NCBI GenBank assembly: GCA_046331705.1
Contig: JAXLQJ010000001.1
Coordinates: forward strand, 310,001 to 374,000
DNA length: 64,000 bases
Direction of reading: 5' to 3'
DNA from: a bacterium
GTDB lineage: Bacteria; JADJOY01
The translations under genes and the position numbers were made by a program. Positions 1 through 13,289 of this stretch are shown here, one piece after another; position 1 is the stretch's first letter; every line of letters starts with the position of its first letter. Below the pieces are notes generated by a model. That model did no database searches. It saw only the letters and a program-made list of their open reading frames with translations, and was not told the origin of the DNA.

Positions 1-1340
1 CGGCGCTCGCGCTGATCCGCATCAGCGGCTCCGATACCCGTGGCGTGCTGACGCGGGTGCTCCGGTACCAGCGCGCTGCGGACCCGCCCCTTCCCGATCG
101 CCGGCCGACCGTTGCTTGGCTTCTCGATCCGGCGGACGGCATGCCGCTCGATCAGATCCTCGTCACCCTCTTCCCCGCGCCGGGGTCGTACACGGGCGAG
201 GACTTGGCGGAGCTGAGCCTTCACGGCAGCCCCTGGGTGGTCGCCGAGGCATTGCGCATCTTGGTGGCTGCGGGCGCGCGTGCTGCTCGCGCCGGAGAGT
301 TCACCCGGCGGGCGCTCGCGAACGGCAAGCTGGACCTGTCACGTGCGGAGGCCGTCGCCGAGCTGACCGTCGCGCAGTCGGCGCGAGCAGCGAAGCTCGC
401 CGTCCGCCACCTCACCGGAGAGCTCTCGCAACGTTATCGGCTGCTGCGCGCGCGACTGATCGAGGTGGCAGGTCTGCTCGAGGGGCCGATCGAGTTTCCC
501 GATGACGCCGCCGCGGACGAGGCGTGGGCCTTCCGCGAAGGGCTGCGGGTGCTCGGGGAGCTGGGCCGAGAGCTTCGCGCGCTGGCGCTCAGCCAGACGC
601 TCGGCCGCCGCGTGGCCACCGGGATCCACGTCCCCATCGTGGGGCGACCGAACGCTGGAAAATCGAGTCTTTTCAATGCGTTGCTCGGATCGAATCGCGC
701 GATCACGAGCCCCCGGCCGGGTACCACGCGCGATACCATCGAGGCGGCGCTGGCGCTGGACGGGCATGTCTTGCGCCTGGTCGACACCGCAGGGATCGAG
801 GCGAGCCACGACGAGCTGGTCAACGAAGGTGTTCGTCGCGCCGAGGCCTGCGTCGAGGAGGCGGATCTCGTCGTTCTCGTCCTCGACGCGAGCGCACCGC
901 TCAGCTCGGCGGACGAGGCGGTGACCGTGCGCATCCTGGCGAAGCCCGTCGTGGTGGTGGCGAGCAAGGGCGATCTGGGACGCCGCTGGGACGCCGCCGA
1001 GCTCGAACGCTACGGGCTGCGGGAGAGCGTGACGGTGGTGTCGGCGGTCGATGGAACCGGCATGGAAGACTTGCGGCGCCGGCTCTCGGCGGCCGTTGCC
1101 CGCACGGTTCCCGTGGACGATGCACCGGAAGCGCCGGTGACCAGTGCGCGGCAACGGGGGTTGCTCGAGCGCGGCGCCGAGGAGATCGCCCGCGCCCAGG
1201 GCAATCTGAAGCGCGGCGCGGTCGAGCTGGCGGTGGAGGATGTCCGCGCGGCTCAGCTCGCCCTGGGTGAGATCCTCGGCGAAGTGTCGAGCGAGGACGT
1301 CCTCGACCGGGTGTTCCAAAGTTTCTGCATCGGCAAATGA
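1..1340 (+). CDS. mnmE: tRNA modification GTPase MnmE (5' end runs off the window)
   Basis: Frame is open from position 3 (ALALIRISG). Motifs [38 protein letters not shown] and C-terminal FCIGK. Confidence 0.97.
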   Translation, partial: ALALIRISGSDTRGVLTRVLRYQRAADPPLPDRRPTVAWLLDPADGMPLDQILVTLFPAPGSYTGEDLAELSLHGSPWVVAEALRILVAAGARAARAGEFTRRALANGKLDLSRAEAVAELTVAQSARAAKLAVRHLTGELSQRYRLLRARLIEVAGLLEGPIEFPDDAAADEAWAFREGLRVLGELGRELRALALSQTLGRRVATGIHVPIVGRPNAGKSSLFNALLGSNRAITSPRPGTTRDTIEAALALDGHVLRLVDTAGIEASHDELVNEGVRRAEACVEEADLVVLVLDASAPLSSADEAVTVRILAKPVVVVASKGDLGRRWDAAELERYGLRESVTVVSAVDGTGMEDLRRRLSAAVARTVPVDDAPEAPVTSARQRGLLERGAEEIARAQGNLKRGAVELAVEDVRAAQLALGEILGEVSSEDVLDRVFQSFCIGK

Positions 1341-1392
1341 TCGTCGGCTGGTGGCACCGAGGGCGAGGCACGAGAGCGATCGTGCAGCGAGG

Positions 1393-3312
1393 TTGTTTCA
1401 CGTGAAACAGGCGCTCGTTCCCCGCGTGGTCGTGGTGGGTGGCGGCCACGCTGGTGTCGAGGCGGCGCTGGCGTCGGCGCGGCTGGGAGTCTCGACGGCG
1501 CTGGTGTCGCAGCGCCGCCATCAGATCGCGCGCATGAGCTGCAACCCGTCGATCGGCGGACCCGGCAAGGGTCAGCTCGTGCGAGAGATCGATGCGCTCG
1601 GTGGCGCCATGGCCCGGAACATCGACGCCACGGGCATTCAGTTTCGGCGCCTGAACACCGGGAAGGGGGCGGCCGTCCAGGCATCCCGCGCCCAGGCGGA
1701 TCGCGCCGGCTATCTGGCGGCGATGCTCGAGCGGCTCGTCGCTGAGCCCAACTTGCTGCTCGTCGAGGACGAGGCGACCGGGATCGACGTGGCTTCCGGC
1801 GCCGTTCGCGGCGTGCATCTGGCGCGGGCGGGCACGCTCGCGGCGGAAGCGGTGGTGCTCACACCCGGGACGTTTCTGAACGGAGTGATCCACGTGGGTG
1901 AGGAGAGCTGGCCCGCGGGAAGGATCGGAGAGGCTCCCTCGACGGCCCTGCCGGAGAGCCTCGCGGCGCTCGGGCTGCGTCTCGATCGCTTGAAGACCGG
2001 GACCCCGGCTCGACTCGACGCGACCTCGATCCTTTTCGACGCGCTCACGCCTCAGCTCGGCGACGAGAGCCCGCGCCCGTTCTCCTTCACGACGGCGCGC
2101 ATCCACCAGCGCCAGATCCCTTGCCACGTGACGAGGACGACCGAGCACACCCACCGCATCATCCGCGACAATCTCCACCGCTCGGCGATGTACTCGGGGC
2201 GGATCTCGGGTGTGGGCCCGCGCTACTGCCCCTCCGTGGAGGACAAGATCGTGCGCTTCGCGGAGCGCAGCAGCCATCTGGTCTTCCTCGAGCCCGAGGG
2301 CTACACGTCGCGCGAGATCTACCCCGCCGGCATCTCGACGAGCCTGCCCCGCGACGTCCAGGAGCGCTTCATCCGCACGATCCCGGGCCTCGAGCACGCA
2401 GCGCTCACCGCGCCCGGCTACGCGGTCGAATACGATGCGGTGGACCCGACCGAGCTGGACCACGCGCTCGAGGTACGCGCCGTGCGATCGCTCTTCCTGG
2501 CGGGCCAGATCAACGGCACGTCGGGCTACGAAGAGGCCGCGGCCCAGGGGCTCATCGCCGGGATCAACGCGGCGTTGCGCGTCCGCGACGAGCCAGCGTT
2601 CGTGCTGGCCCGAGAAGAAGCCCTGATCGGTGTGCTCATCGACGACCTGGTCACTCGCGGCACCGGGGGCGAGCCCTACCGGATGTTCACGTCGCGCGCG
2701 GAGGCCCGCCTGCACCTGCGCGAGGACAACGCCGATCTCCGGCTCACTCCCCGCGGCGGCAGGCTCGGGCTGGTGGAGCCCTGGCGATCGGCGGAGGTCG
2801 AGACGCTCGCCGAATCGATCCGTCGAAGCCGGGCCCAGCTCGAGAACACCCGCGTCACGCCCACCGCCGCCATCCGAGGCGCGCTGGCGCAGCAAGGACT
2901 GAGCGCGCCGAAGGGCCCCACGTCGCTCTGGGCTTTGCTTTCGCTTCCAGGGATTCGGCACGTCCAGCTGGCGGACGCGGGCCTGACCAGCCCGGTCGCC
3001 GAGCGCGTTGCCGAACAGCTCGAAGTCCTCGCCCAGTATGACCGCTACCTCACCCGGCTCGACGAGTCGGCAGCCGAGCAGCAGGCATGGGAACGAGTGC
3101 GACTGCCGATCGACCTCGACTACCCCCGGGTCGCCGGACTGTCGACGGAAGTCCGTGAGCGGCTCGAGCGGGCGCGGCCGGAGTCGATTGGCCATGCGCG
3201 CCGTGTGCCCGGTGTGACCGCCGCCGCGATCGAGGCGCTGATGACCCACCTGCGGACGGCGCGCGCGACGACTCCGCCGCCCGAGACACGCGAGGACGCC
3301 GCCAGTGCGTGA
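1393..3312 (+). CDS. mnmG: tRNA uridine 5-carboxymethylaminomethyl modification enzyme MnmG (GidA); start TTG 1393 or GTG 1402
   Basis: [65 protein letters not shown]. The ORF-track start at 1240 overlaps mnmE and is unlikely. Confidence 0.96.
   Translation: MFHVKQALVPRVVVVGGGHAGVEAALASARLGVSTALVSQRRHQIARMSCNPSIGGPGKGQLVREIDALGGAMARNIDATGIQFRRLNTGKGAAVQASRAQADRAGYLAAMLERLVAEPNLLLVEDEATGIDVASGAVRGVHLARAGTLAAEAVVLTPGTFLNGVIHVGEESWPAGRIGEAPSTALPESLAALGLRLDRLKTGTPARLDATSILFDALTPQLGDESPRPFSFTTARIHQRQIPCHVTRTTEHTHRIIRDNLHRSAMYSGRISGVGPRYCPSVEDKIVRFAERSSHLVFLEPEGYTSREIYPAGISTSLPRDVQERFIRTIPGLEHAALTAPGYAVEYDAVDPTELDHALEVRAVRSLFLAGQINGTSGYEEAAAQGLIAGINAALRVRDEPAFVLAREEALIGVLIDDLVTRGTGGEPYRMFTSRAEARLHLREDNADLRLTPRGGRLGLVEPWRSAEVETLAESIRRSRAQLENTRVTPTAAIRGALAQQGLSAPKGPTSLWALLSLPGIRHVQLADAGLTSPVAERVAEQLEVLAQYDRYLTRLDESAAEQQAWERVRLPIDLDYPRVAGLSTEVRERLERARPESIGHARRVPGVTAAAIEALMTHLRTARATTPPPETREDAASA
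1394..1409. promoter_or_regulatory. parS: parS centromere site (TGTTTCACGTGAAACA)
   Basis: Perfect 16-bp palindrome matching the conserved bacterial parS consensus, about 3 kb from parAB. Confidence 0.95.
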
Positions 3313-4000
3313 TGCCCGCGCGCGTCCCCAGCGAAAGGGCGGGGCCGAGCCCGTCGACGAGGACGCCGTCCGCGAGGTGATCGCCGGCGGGGTCGCGGCG
3401 CTGGGCGTCGAGCTCGCCCGCGACGATCTCGACGCGCTCGTACAGCACTACCGTGAGCTGATGCGCTGGCGGCGTCGCGCGGACCTGACGGCGCTGGTCG
3501 ATCCTCGCCAGATCGCAGTCCGCCACTATCTGGACTCGCTCGCGGTGTCCCCGTGGCTGCCCCTGGACGCGCGGATCGCGGATCTCGGCTCGGGCGCTGG
3601 ATTCCCCGGCCTACCGCTCGCGATCGCTCGGCGTGACGTCGAGGTCACCTTGCTCGAGACGCGCGAGGTGAAGCTCGCGTTTCTGCACCACGTATGCACC
3701 CAGCTCGGCCGCCCCAATCTGAAAGTCGCGCGCACGGGCGACTTCGTCGGCACCGATGCGTGGGCGCGGCTCAACCTGGTCGTGGCGCGCGCGGTCGCCA
3801 GCGTCCCGGCGACGCTGACGCGCTGCGAGGCGCTGCTTCCGCGCGCCGGCGAGCTCTGGCTGATGCGAGGGCCCTCCAAGATCGGAGAAGGGCTCGAGCG
3901 CGCAACCAAGGGATGGGCGCTGGTCTCCGAGCGCGAGATCCGTCTGCCCGTCGAAGATGCGGAGCGCAGGATCGTCGTCTACGAGCGCGTCGTCGCCTGA
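3305..4000 (+). CDS. rsmG: 16S rRNA m7G527 methyltransferase RsmG (GidB)
   Basis: [17 protein letters not shown] and ARAV motifs; lies between mnmG and parA. Confidence 0.93.
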   Translation: MRDARARPQRKGGAEPVDEDAVREVIAGGVAALGVELARDDLDALVQHYRELMRWRRRADLTALVDPRQIAVRHYLDSLAVSPWLPLDARIADLGSGAGFPGLPLAIARRDVEVTLLETREVKLAFLHHVCTQLGRPNLKVARTGDFVGTDAWARLNLVVARAVASVPATLTRCEALLPRAGELWLMRGPSKIGEGLERATKGWALVSEREIRLPVEDAERRIVVYERVVA

Positions 4001-4024
4001 GCCGCGCTGCCATCCGCGTTCGCA

Positions 4025-4040
4025 GGTTTCACGTGAAACC
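4025..4040. promoter_or_regulatory. parS: parS centromere site (GGTTTCACGTGAAACC)
   Basis: Perfect 16-bp palindrome with the parS core GTTTCACGTGAAAC in the rsmG-parA intergenic region. Confidence 0.92.
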
Positions 4041-4048
4041 GTGCGCCG

Positions 4049-4079
4049 TTGCCGCTCGCGCCACGGCGTGTGCTATACG
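4049..4079 (+). promoter_or_regulatory. Putative sigma70-type promoter for parAB
   Basis: TTGCCG (4049-4054) and TGn-TATACG (4071-4079). The TGTGCTAT core recurs upstream of atpF' and the ABC1 kinase. The 19-bp spacer is long. Confidence 0.4.
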
Positions 4080-4102
4080 CCCGTCTCTCGAGCAAGGATG
4101 AT

Positions 4103-4150
4103 TGGCCAGAGCTTGTGGCTGAGTTGTAGGTCAACCACAAGATGTTGTAG
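4103..4150. promoter_or_regulatory. Regulatory site cluster upstream of parA: NrdR-box-like 16-mer and a 10-bp inverted repeat
   Basis: ccaCAAgATgTTGtag (4135-4150) fits the NrdR core CwAnATnTwG, with a degenerate copy 32 bp upstream (4103-4118). Inverted repeat TTGTGGCTGA-N8-TCAACCACAA at 4113-4140. Confidence 0.5.
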
Positions 4151-4235
4151 ATAGTGGTCCGTCGACGGAGTCATGACGTGATCGCTCACTGGCCAGCGGA
4201 CGAAGCCCTGTTGCTGACGGGGGAGCGACTCGGAC

Positions 4236-5015
4236 ATGGGACGTGTGATCTGCATCGCGAACCAGAAGGGCGGCGTCGGCAAGACCACCACGGCGATCAA
4301 CCTCGCCGCGTCCATCGGTGCGCAAGAGCAGCGGGTGTTGCTCGTCGACCTCGACCCGCAGGCGAACGCGACCAGCGGGCTCGGCGAGACGCGCGACGAA
4401 TCGAACATCAACGTCTTCCAGTCGATGCTGGGCTTCCATCCGATCCATCTGGCCATCAAGCACACCGCCTTCGCCAACGTCGATCTCATCCCGTCGAGCG
4501 GCGACCTGATCGGCGCAGAGATCGCGTTGATCTCGCGCGAGGATCGCGACGAGCTGCTCCGGCGCGCGCTCCACTCGATCCGCGATCGCTACGCGTTCGT
4601 GCTGCTCGATTGCCCGCCGTCGCTGGGCTTGCTCACGGTGAACGCGCTCACCGCGGCGCAAGGAGTGCTCGCCCCCGTGCAGGCCGAGTACTACGCGATG
4701 GAGGGCTTGTCGCAGCTGCTCACCACGGTGGAGCGCGTGCGGGAAGTGCTCAACCCCGAGCTCGAGATCGACGGGGTGCTGCTCACGATGTACGACCCGC
4801 GCAACAACCTCGCGCGCCAGGTCGAGCAAGAGCTGCGCGCGCAGCTCGGCGATCGCGTGTTCGCGACGCTCATTCCGCGCAACGTGCGCCTCAGCGAAGC
4901 GCCGAGCTTCGGCAAGCCGGCGCTCTACTACGACGTGCGCTCGAGCGGTGCCCAGGCGTACCAAGCGCTCGCGCGCGAGCTTCTGACTCGCTCACACGGG
5001 GCCGCGCCGGCCTGA
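4236..5015 (+). CDS. parA: Chromosome partitioning ATPase ParA/Soj
   Basis: NQKGGVGKTTT, DLDPQANATSG, DCPPSLG, IPRNVRLSEAPSFG. Confidence 0.97.
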   Translation: MGRVICIANQKGGVGKTTTAINLAASIGAQEQRVLLVDLDPQANATSGLGETRDESNINVFQSMLGFHPIHLAIKHTAFANVDLIPSSGDLIGAEIALISREDRDELLRRALHSIRDRYAFVLLDCPPSLGLLTVNALTAAQGVLAPVQAEYYAMEGLSQLLTTVERVREVLNPELEIDGVLLTMYDPRNNLARQVEQELRAQLGDRVFATLIPRNVRLSEAPSFGKPALYYDVRSSGAQAYQALARELLTRSHGAAPA

Positions 5016-5028
5016 TCGGGAGATCGCC

Positions 5029-5934
5029 ATGAGTGGAGTGAACAGCATGACTTCGCCGGACCGGGCGATGCGGCACCAAGGCCTCGGCCGCGGGCTCGGC
5101 TTGCTGATTCGCGATCGCGCTCCCGAGGCCGCCGGGCGACGGCTGGTCTCCGTGCCGGTCGAGCAGCTGCGCCCGAACCCGAACCAGCCCCGCAAGCGGT
5201 TCGATCCCGAGGCGCTTCACAGCCTCGCGGCGACCGTGCGCGAGCGCGGCGTGCTTCAGCCCATCCTGGCGCGGCGCACCGACACCGGCTACGAGATCAT
5301 CGCCGGCGAGCGGCGCTGGCGCGCCGCCACGGCGGCGGGTCTCACCGAGGTGCCCGTCGTGGTGACGGAGGTCGACGCCGGCGCCAGCTTCGAGATCTCG
5401 CTGATCGAGAACCTGCAGCGCAGCGACCTGGACCCGATCGAGGAAGCGGAAGCGCTCGAGAAGCTGGTCGACTCCGCGGGTCTGAGCCACGAGGAGGTCG
5501 CGGCGCGAATCGGCAAGGATCGCGTCACGGTCACCAATGCCATCCGCCTGCTCAAGCTGCCGGACGCGATCCGCGGCCACATCGCCGTGGGCGAGCTCAG
5601 CGCGGGCCATGGGCGAGCGCTGCTCGGGCTCGACTCGGCCGAGCGTCAGCTCGAGCTCGCGCGCACGACCATCGCGGAGTCGCTCTCGGTGCGGGAGCTC
5701 GAGCGGCGCGTCCAAGGTGGACGTCGCACCACCCCGCCGGCACGGACGAAGGGGCGCGCGAGCTCACCCGACCTGCGCGCCGCCGAGAAGGAATTGGAGC
5801 AGGCATTGACCCTGAAAGTACGGATCACACCGGCACGACGGGGCGCGGGCGGAAAGATCGAAATCGTCTACAGCTCGCTCGACGACTTCGATCGCATCCG
5901 TGAACGGCTCGTGAGCGCGGAGACTTCACTCTGA
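5029..5934 (+). CDS. parB: Chromosome partitioning CTPase ParB/Spo0J
   Basis: GLGRGLG, PNPNQPRK, IAGERRWRA, ENLQRSDL, HTH region and LSVRELE. Confidence 0.97.
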   Translation: MSGVNSMTSPDRAMRHQGLGRGLGLLIRDRAPEAAGRRLVSVPVEQLRPNPNQPRKRFDPEALHSLAATVRERGVLQPILARRTDTGYEIIAGERRWRAATAAGLTEVPVVVTEVDAGASFEISLIENLQRSDLDPIEEAEALEKLVDSAGLSHEEVAARIGKDRVTVTNAIRLLKLPDAIRGHIAVGELSAGHGRALLGLDSAERQLELARTTIAESLSVRELERRVQGGRRTTPPARTKGRASSPDLRAAEKELEQALTLKVRITPARRGAGGKIEIVYSSLDDFDRIRERLVSAETSL

Positions 5935-6037
5935 TTTATTGTTGCTCGTCATACGTGTTGGTGTGGGTTCGAAATGCAGCTTGCAGAGCCAGGCGGGAAG
6001 CGCTAGAAGGTTCAATCTCACGACGAGGAGGAAGGTC

Positions 6038-6619
6038 ATGTTCGGACGCTCGACGGACGATCGCAACAAGACTGCGCGGGACCAGGACTCGCGGGAAATC
6101 ACGCCGCCACGGGCGACGGCACCCGAGCCAGCTCGTCCCGAGCCGCAGCTGCGCGAGCCCGGTCCGGTCGCGACTCAACCGGTGGAGACGAAGGCGTCCG
6201 GCGAGGTCAGCGCGTATTTCGGCAAGGGCAGCAAGATCTCGGGCAAGCTCAACTTCGAAGGCACCGTGCGAGTGGATGGACGAGTGGACGGCGAGATCCA
6301 CGCCAAGGACACGCTCGTCATCGGCGACACGGCCGAGGTCACGGCAGAGATTCACGCCACCTCGATCGTGGTGCGCGGCCTCGTCCGCGGCGACATCCAC
6401 GCCAGCAAGAAGGTCGAGATCCGGGCGCCCGGGAAGCTCTACGGGAACATCCTCGCCCCCGCGCTCGTGATCGAGGAAGGCGTGATCTTCGAGGGCAACT
6501 GCACCATGGAGAATCTCGGTGCGAAGTCCCAAGCGCAGGTGAAGCCGCTCGGTCGCAAGGAAGAGACCGCGCAGGTCGCCGAGCGCACCGCCCCCGCCGC
6601 CAAGGAAAACGTCGGCTGA
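6038..6619 (+). CDS. Bactofilin (polymer-forming cytoskeletal protein) with Pro-rich N-terminal tail
   Basis: Beta-helix repeats (ISGKLNFEGTVRVDGRVDGEI, VIEEGVIFEGNCTM). Strong SD GAGGAGG before ATG 6038. Confidence 0.92.
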   Translation: MFGRSTDDRNKTARDQDSREITPPRATAPEPARPEPQLREPGPVATQPVETKASGEVSAYFGKGSKISGKLNFEGTVRVDGRVDGEIHAKDTLVIGDTAEVTAEIHATSIVVRGLVRGDIHASKKVEIRAPGKLYGNILAPALVIEEGVIFEGNCTMENLGAKSQAQVKPLGRKEETAQVAERTAPAAKENVG

Positions 6620-6669
6620 GCCACACGAGCGCGGTCGAGCTGGACCACGAGAGTCCGGCTCGGCCGAAC

Positions 6670-6714
6670 CAGCTCCGGGGCCGCGCCCCGGAGCTGACCC
6701 AGCCACGGGCTGGG
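6670..6714. terminator. Two tandem GC-rich hairpins downstream of bactofilin (possible terminator)
   Basis: CAGCTCCGGGGC-cgc-GCCCCGGAGCTG (perfect 12-bp stem) followed by CCCAGCC-acg-GGCTGGG. No strong U-tract. Confidence 0.45.
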
Positions 6715-6719
6715 ATGGT

Positions 6720-6748
6720 TTGACGCCCTCCGGTCGCTGTGCTATCCC
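6720..6748 (+). promoter_or_regulatory. Putative sigma70-type promoter of the atp operon
   Basis: TTGACG-17 bp-TATCCC with TG extension. The identical 11-mer TGTGCTATCCC occurs on the minus strand upstream of the ABC1 kinase (34253-34263). Confidence 0.55.
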
Positions 6749-6948
6749 GGCGCGTCTTCGGGTCTGGCGGGGTGGTCGCAACCGCCCGCCAATTCACGCA
6801 AAAGCAGCTTCCTCGCCGAGCCCTGCGAGGCGCCGCGTCGTCGGACGCGACCGCCACCTACCGCGGGGCCCGCGCAGCGGGACCGAGCGGGTCCGCCACG
6901 GGAAGCCAGGGTCGCGCGCCCCGGAGCGCGTGACGACGGGGCGACGAG

Positions 6949-7392
6949 ATGCCGAGCTGGGACGTCATTGCTCCCCACGTCGGGCCAGTCTTGGTTCAGA
7001 TGGCCATCTTTCTCGTGGCCGTCGGCCTCATCAATCACCTGATCCTCAAGCCATTCTCCGGTAGCCATTCGGGCCGCGAGAAGCGCATCGCCGACACGCG
7101 GTCGACGGCGGAGCGCGAAACCGAGCTGAGCCACGCGCACCGCGGTCAGTACGACGAACGCGTCGCCAAGGCTCGCGCGGACGCCGACGCGCGCCGTCAG
7201 GAGATCCGCGGCGCCGCCCAGGCACGTGAACAAGAGGTGCTGGCGGCAGCGTTCGACGCCGCTGACGAGGAGCTGACCCGCGCGCGAGAATCCCTGAGCG
7301 CTCAGGTCGCTTCCGCGCGCGCCTCGCTCGCGCACGAGGCGCGCGGCATGGCACGGGAAATGGCCTCGAAGGTTCTCGGGCGCGCGCTGTGA
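6949..7392 (+). CDS. ATP synthase F0 subunit b'
   Basis: N-terminal TM helix (LVQMAIFLVAVGLINHLILKP) followed by a charged coiled coil; first gene of the atp cluster. Confidence 0.85.
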   Translation: MPSWDVIAPHVGPVLVQMAIFLVAVGLINHLILKPFSGSHSGREKRIADTRSTAERETELSHAHRGQYDERVAKARADADARRQEIRGAAQAREQEVLAAAFDAADEELTRARESLSAQVASARASLAHEARGMAREMASKVLGRAL

Positions 7393-8006
7393 GCCACGGG
7401 AGGGCGAGATCGATGCGTTCGATGGGTCCGGTCGCAACGCGCGTCGCGGTCGCGCTCGGTTGCATGGCGACACCGGTGCTCGCGCTGGCCGCTGGGGAGG
7501 CTCACGGGGGAGGCGAAGCTCATGCTGCCGGGCCGGGCAGCCTCTTCTGGTACTTCGTAAACTTCGGCCTGCTTCTCGGGCTGCTCTACTGGAAGGGCCG
7601 CGGCCCGATGAACCAGTTCCTCCTCGAGCGCAAGGAGAAGCTGCTCGCGGACTTGCGAGCGGCGGAGCGACTGCGCGACGAGGCTCGCGCGAAGCTCGCC
7701 GAGGTCGAGGGACGCCTGGCGGCGCTCGACGGCGAGGTGCAGTCCATCCTGGAAGAGACGCTGCGCGTGGCCGAGGCGGAGCGCGAGCGGATCTTGCGCG
7801 GCGCCGAGGAAACGGCGGAGCGCATTCGTGCTCAGGCAACGCTGATGGTCGAGCAGGAAGTGCGGCGCGCCCGCCTCGACTTGGCGCGCGAGGTGACGGA
7901 AATCGCGGCGCGCGAGGCGCAGACGATGCTCGAGGGCGCCGTGCAGGATGCGGATCAGGATCGCATGATCCACGAGTTCACCGAGGGCAACGGAGCACGT
8001 CCATGA
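7389..8006 (+). CDS. atpF: ATP synthase F0 subunit b
   Basis: FVNFGLLLGLL TM segment, coiled coil and DQDRMIHEF C-terminus; His/Gly-rich N-terminal extension. Confidence 0.88.
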   Translation: MSHGRARSMRSMGPVATRVAVALGCMATPVLALAAGEAHGGGEAHAAGPGSLFWYFVNFGLLLGLLYWKGRGPMNQFLLERKEKLLADLRAAERLRDEARAKLAEVEGRLAALDGEVQSILEETLRVAEAERERILRGAEETAERIRAQATLMVEQEVRRARLDLAREVTEIAAREAQTMLEGAVQDADQDRMIHEFTEGNGARP

Positions 8007-8554
8007 TCGAGGATCGAGTCGGGCGGCGCTACGCGCGCGCACTCTTCGAGATCGCACTCGAGACGGGCGCGGTCGATCAGGTCGCCAGCGAGCTGGATGC
8101 GCTATCCGCGGCGCTCGCCGGCTCGCCGGATCTCTTCGAGGTCTTGACCTTCCCGACGCATACCGCCGACCTCCGCAAGAACGTCTTCGCGGCCGTCGCC
8201 GATCAGCTCGGCACGGGCTCGAACGTTCGAAACCTCGTCCAGCTCTTGCTGGACCGCAATCGCATGTCGGCGTTCGACGCGTGCCTTCGGTCGTTCCGCG
8301 AGCTCGCGGACGATCACCTCGGCCAGGTCCGCGGCGAGGTGGTGAGCGCGCGTCCGCTGAACGACACGCAGCTGGCGGCGATCCGCGCGAAGCTCGAGCG
8401 GATGACGGGGAAGCGAGTGCTGCTCGCGACCCGCGAGGATGCGAGCCTCATCGGAGGCCTGGTCGCCCGCGTCGGAAACACCCTCTACGACGGCAGTGTC
8501 CGGACCCAACTCGAAGGTATCAAGCGCGCCATGTCCGATTCCGCGCACGGCTGA
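8003..8554 (+). CDS. atpH: ATP synthase F1 subunit delta
   Basis: RRYARALF, VVSARPL, DASLIGG and YDGSVRTQL; ATGA overlap with the atpF stop. Confidence 0.95.
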   Translation: MIEDRVGRRYARALFEIALETGAVDQVASELDALSAALAGSPDLFEVLTFPTHTADLRKNVFAAVADQLGTGSNVRNLVQLLLDRNRMSAFDACLRSFRELADDHLGQVRGEVVSARPLNDTQLAAIRAKLERMTGKRVLLATREDASLIGGLVARVGNTLYDGSVRTQLEGIKRAMSDSAHG

Positions 8555-8605
8555 GCGTCGCTGGCGTCGCAATCACCGATCACGAAGAATCCCCGGGGGA
8601 GCACG

Positions 8606-10123
<1,518 letters not shown>

Positions 10124-10162
10124 GCGACCGCACCGAGCCCCTGTCCGAGTGATGCGGAGGAC

Positions 10163-12536
<2,374 letters not shown>

Positions 12537-12594
12537 TCGGCCCGGCCTCGCTCCCAGACTCAAGCAACGCCCTCGATCCAGACGGAAGACGACC

Positions 12595-13002
12595 ATGGCT
12601 GAAGGCACCCTCGACCTCGAGATCGTGACACCGGAGCAGTTGCTGCTGCGCGAACCGGTCAGCGAGTTCGTCGGCCCGGGCTGGCTCGGACAGTTCGGCG
12701 TGCGTCCCGGGCACCGGTCGATGGTGATTGCGCTGCGTGGTGGTGTCGTTCGCTACACCACCACCGACGGAAACACGCAGAAGGTGGCCGTCGGCGGCGG
12801 ATTCGCCGTCATCGAAGGTGACCGCGCCACGATCCTCGCCGATGTCGCCGAAGCGGCCGCCGACGTCGACGTGGAACGCGCGCGCGTTGCGGAAGCGCAC
12901 GAGCGGAAAGCGCTCGAAGGCCTGGGGCTCGACTCACCCGAGTACGAAGAGCACAAGAAGGCCCTCGATCGCGCTGTCGCGCGACTCGAAGCCGCGGCCT
13001 GA
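12595..13002 (+). CDS. atpC: ATP synthase F1 subunit epsilon
   Basis: LEIVTPE, GQFGVRPGH, VGGGFA; last gene of the atp cluster. Confidence 0.96.
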   Translation: MAEGTLDLEIVTPEQLLLREPVSEFVGPGWLGQFGVRPGHRSMVIALRGGVVRYTTTDGNTQKVAVGGGFAVIEGDRATILADVAEAAADVDVERARVAEAHERKALEGLGLDSPEYEEHKKALDRAVARLEAAA

Positions 13003-13289
13003 TCCGGCCGCGCCCGCTTCGATCACGGCCCCACCGCCGCAGCCCGCGACGGTCTTCCACATCGCGCCGCGTTCGCGGCTGCAATCGTGACGGCGTGGGG
13101 CGGTAGGCGTCGCGTTGGTCGCGCGAACGCCCTCTCACGGCTCGCGCCCCCCACTTACGGCTTCCGCGTAGGCAACGGCCTTCCGAGCGGCCGTGGCCGC
13201 GCTACGCCGCGGTCCGCGACTCGATCGTTGCGTGATCGGTCTCGGTCGCCGTAGGCTGTGGACTCCACCACTTTTCCGGAGAAGACGCC

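Noticed and set aside
4100-4160. oriC within the window
   Set aside because: Only two 7/9 DnaA-box-like matches and no AT-rich unwinding element; the origin is probably outside the window, upstream of mnmE.
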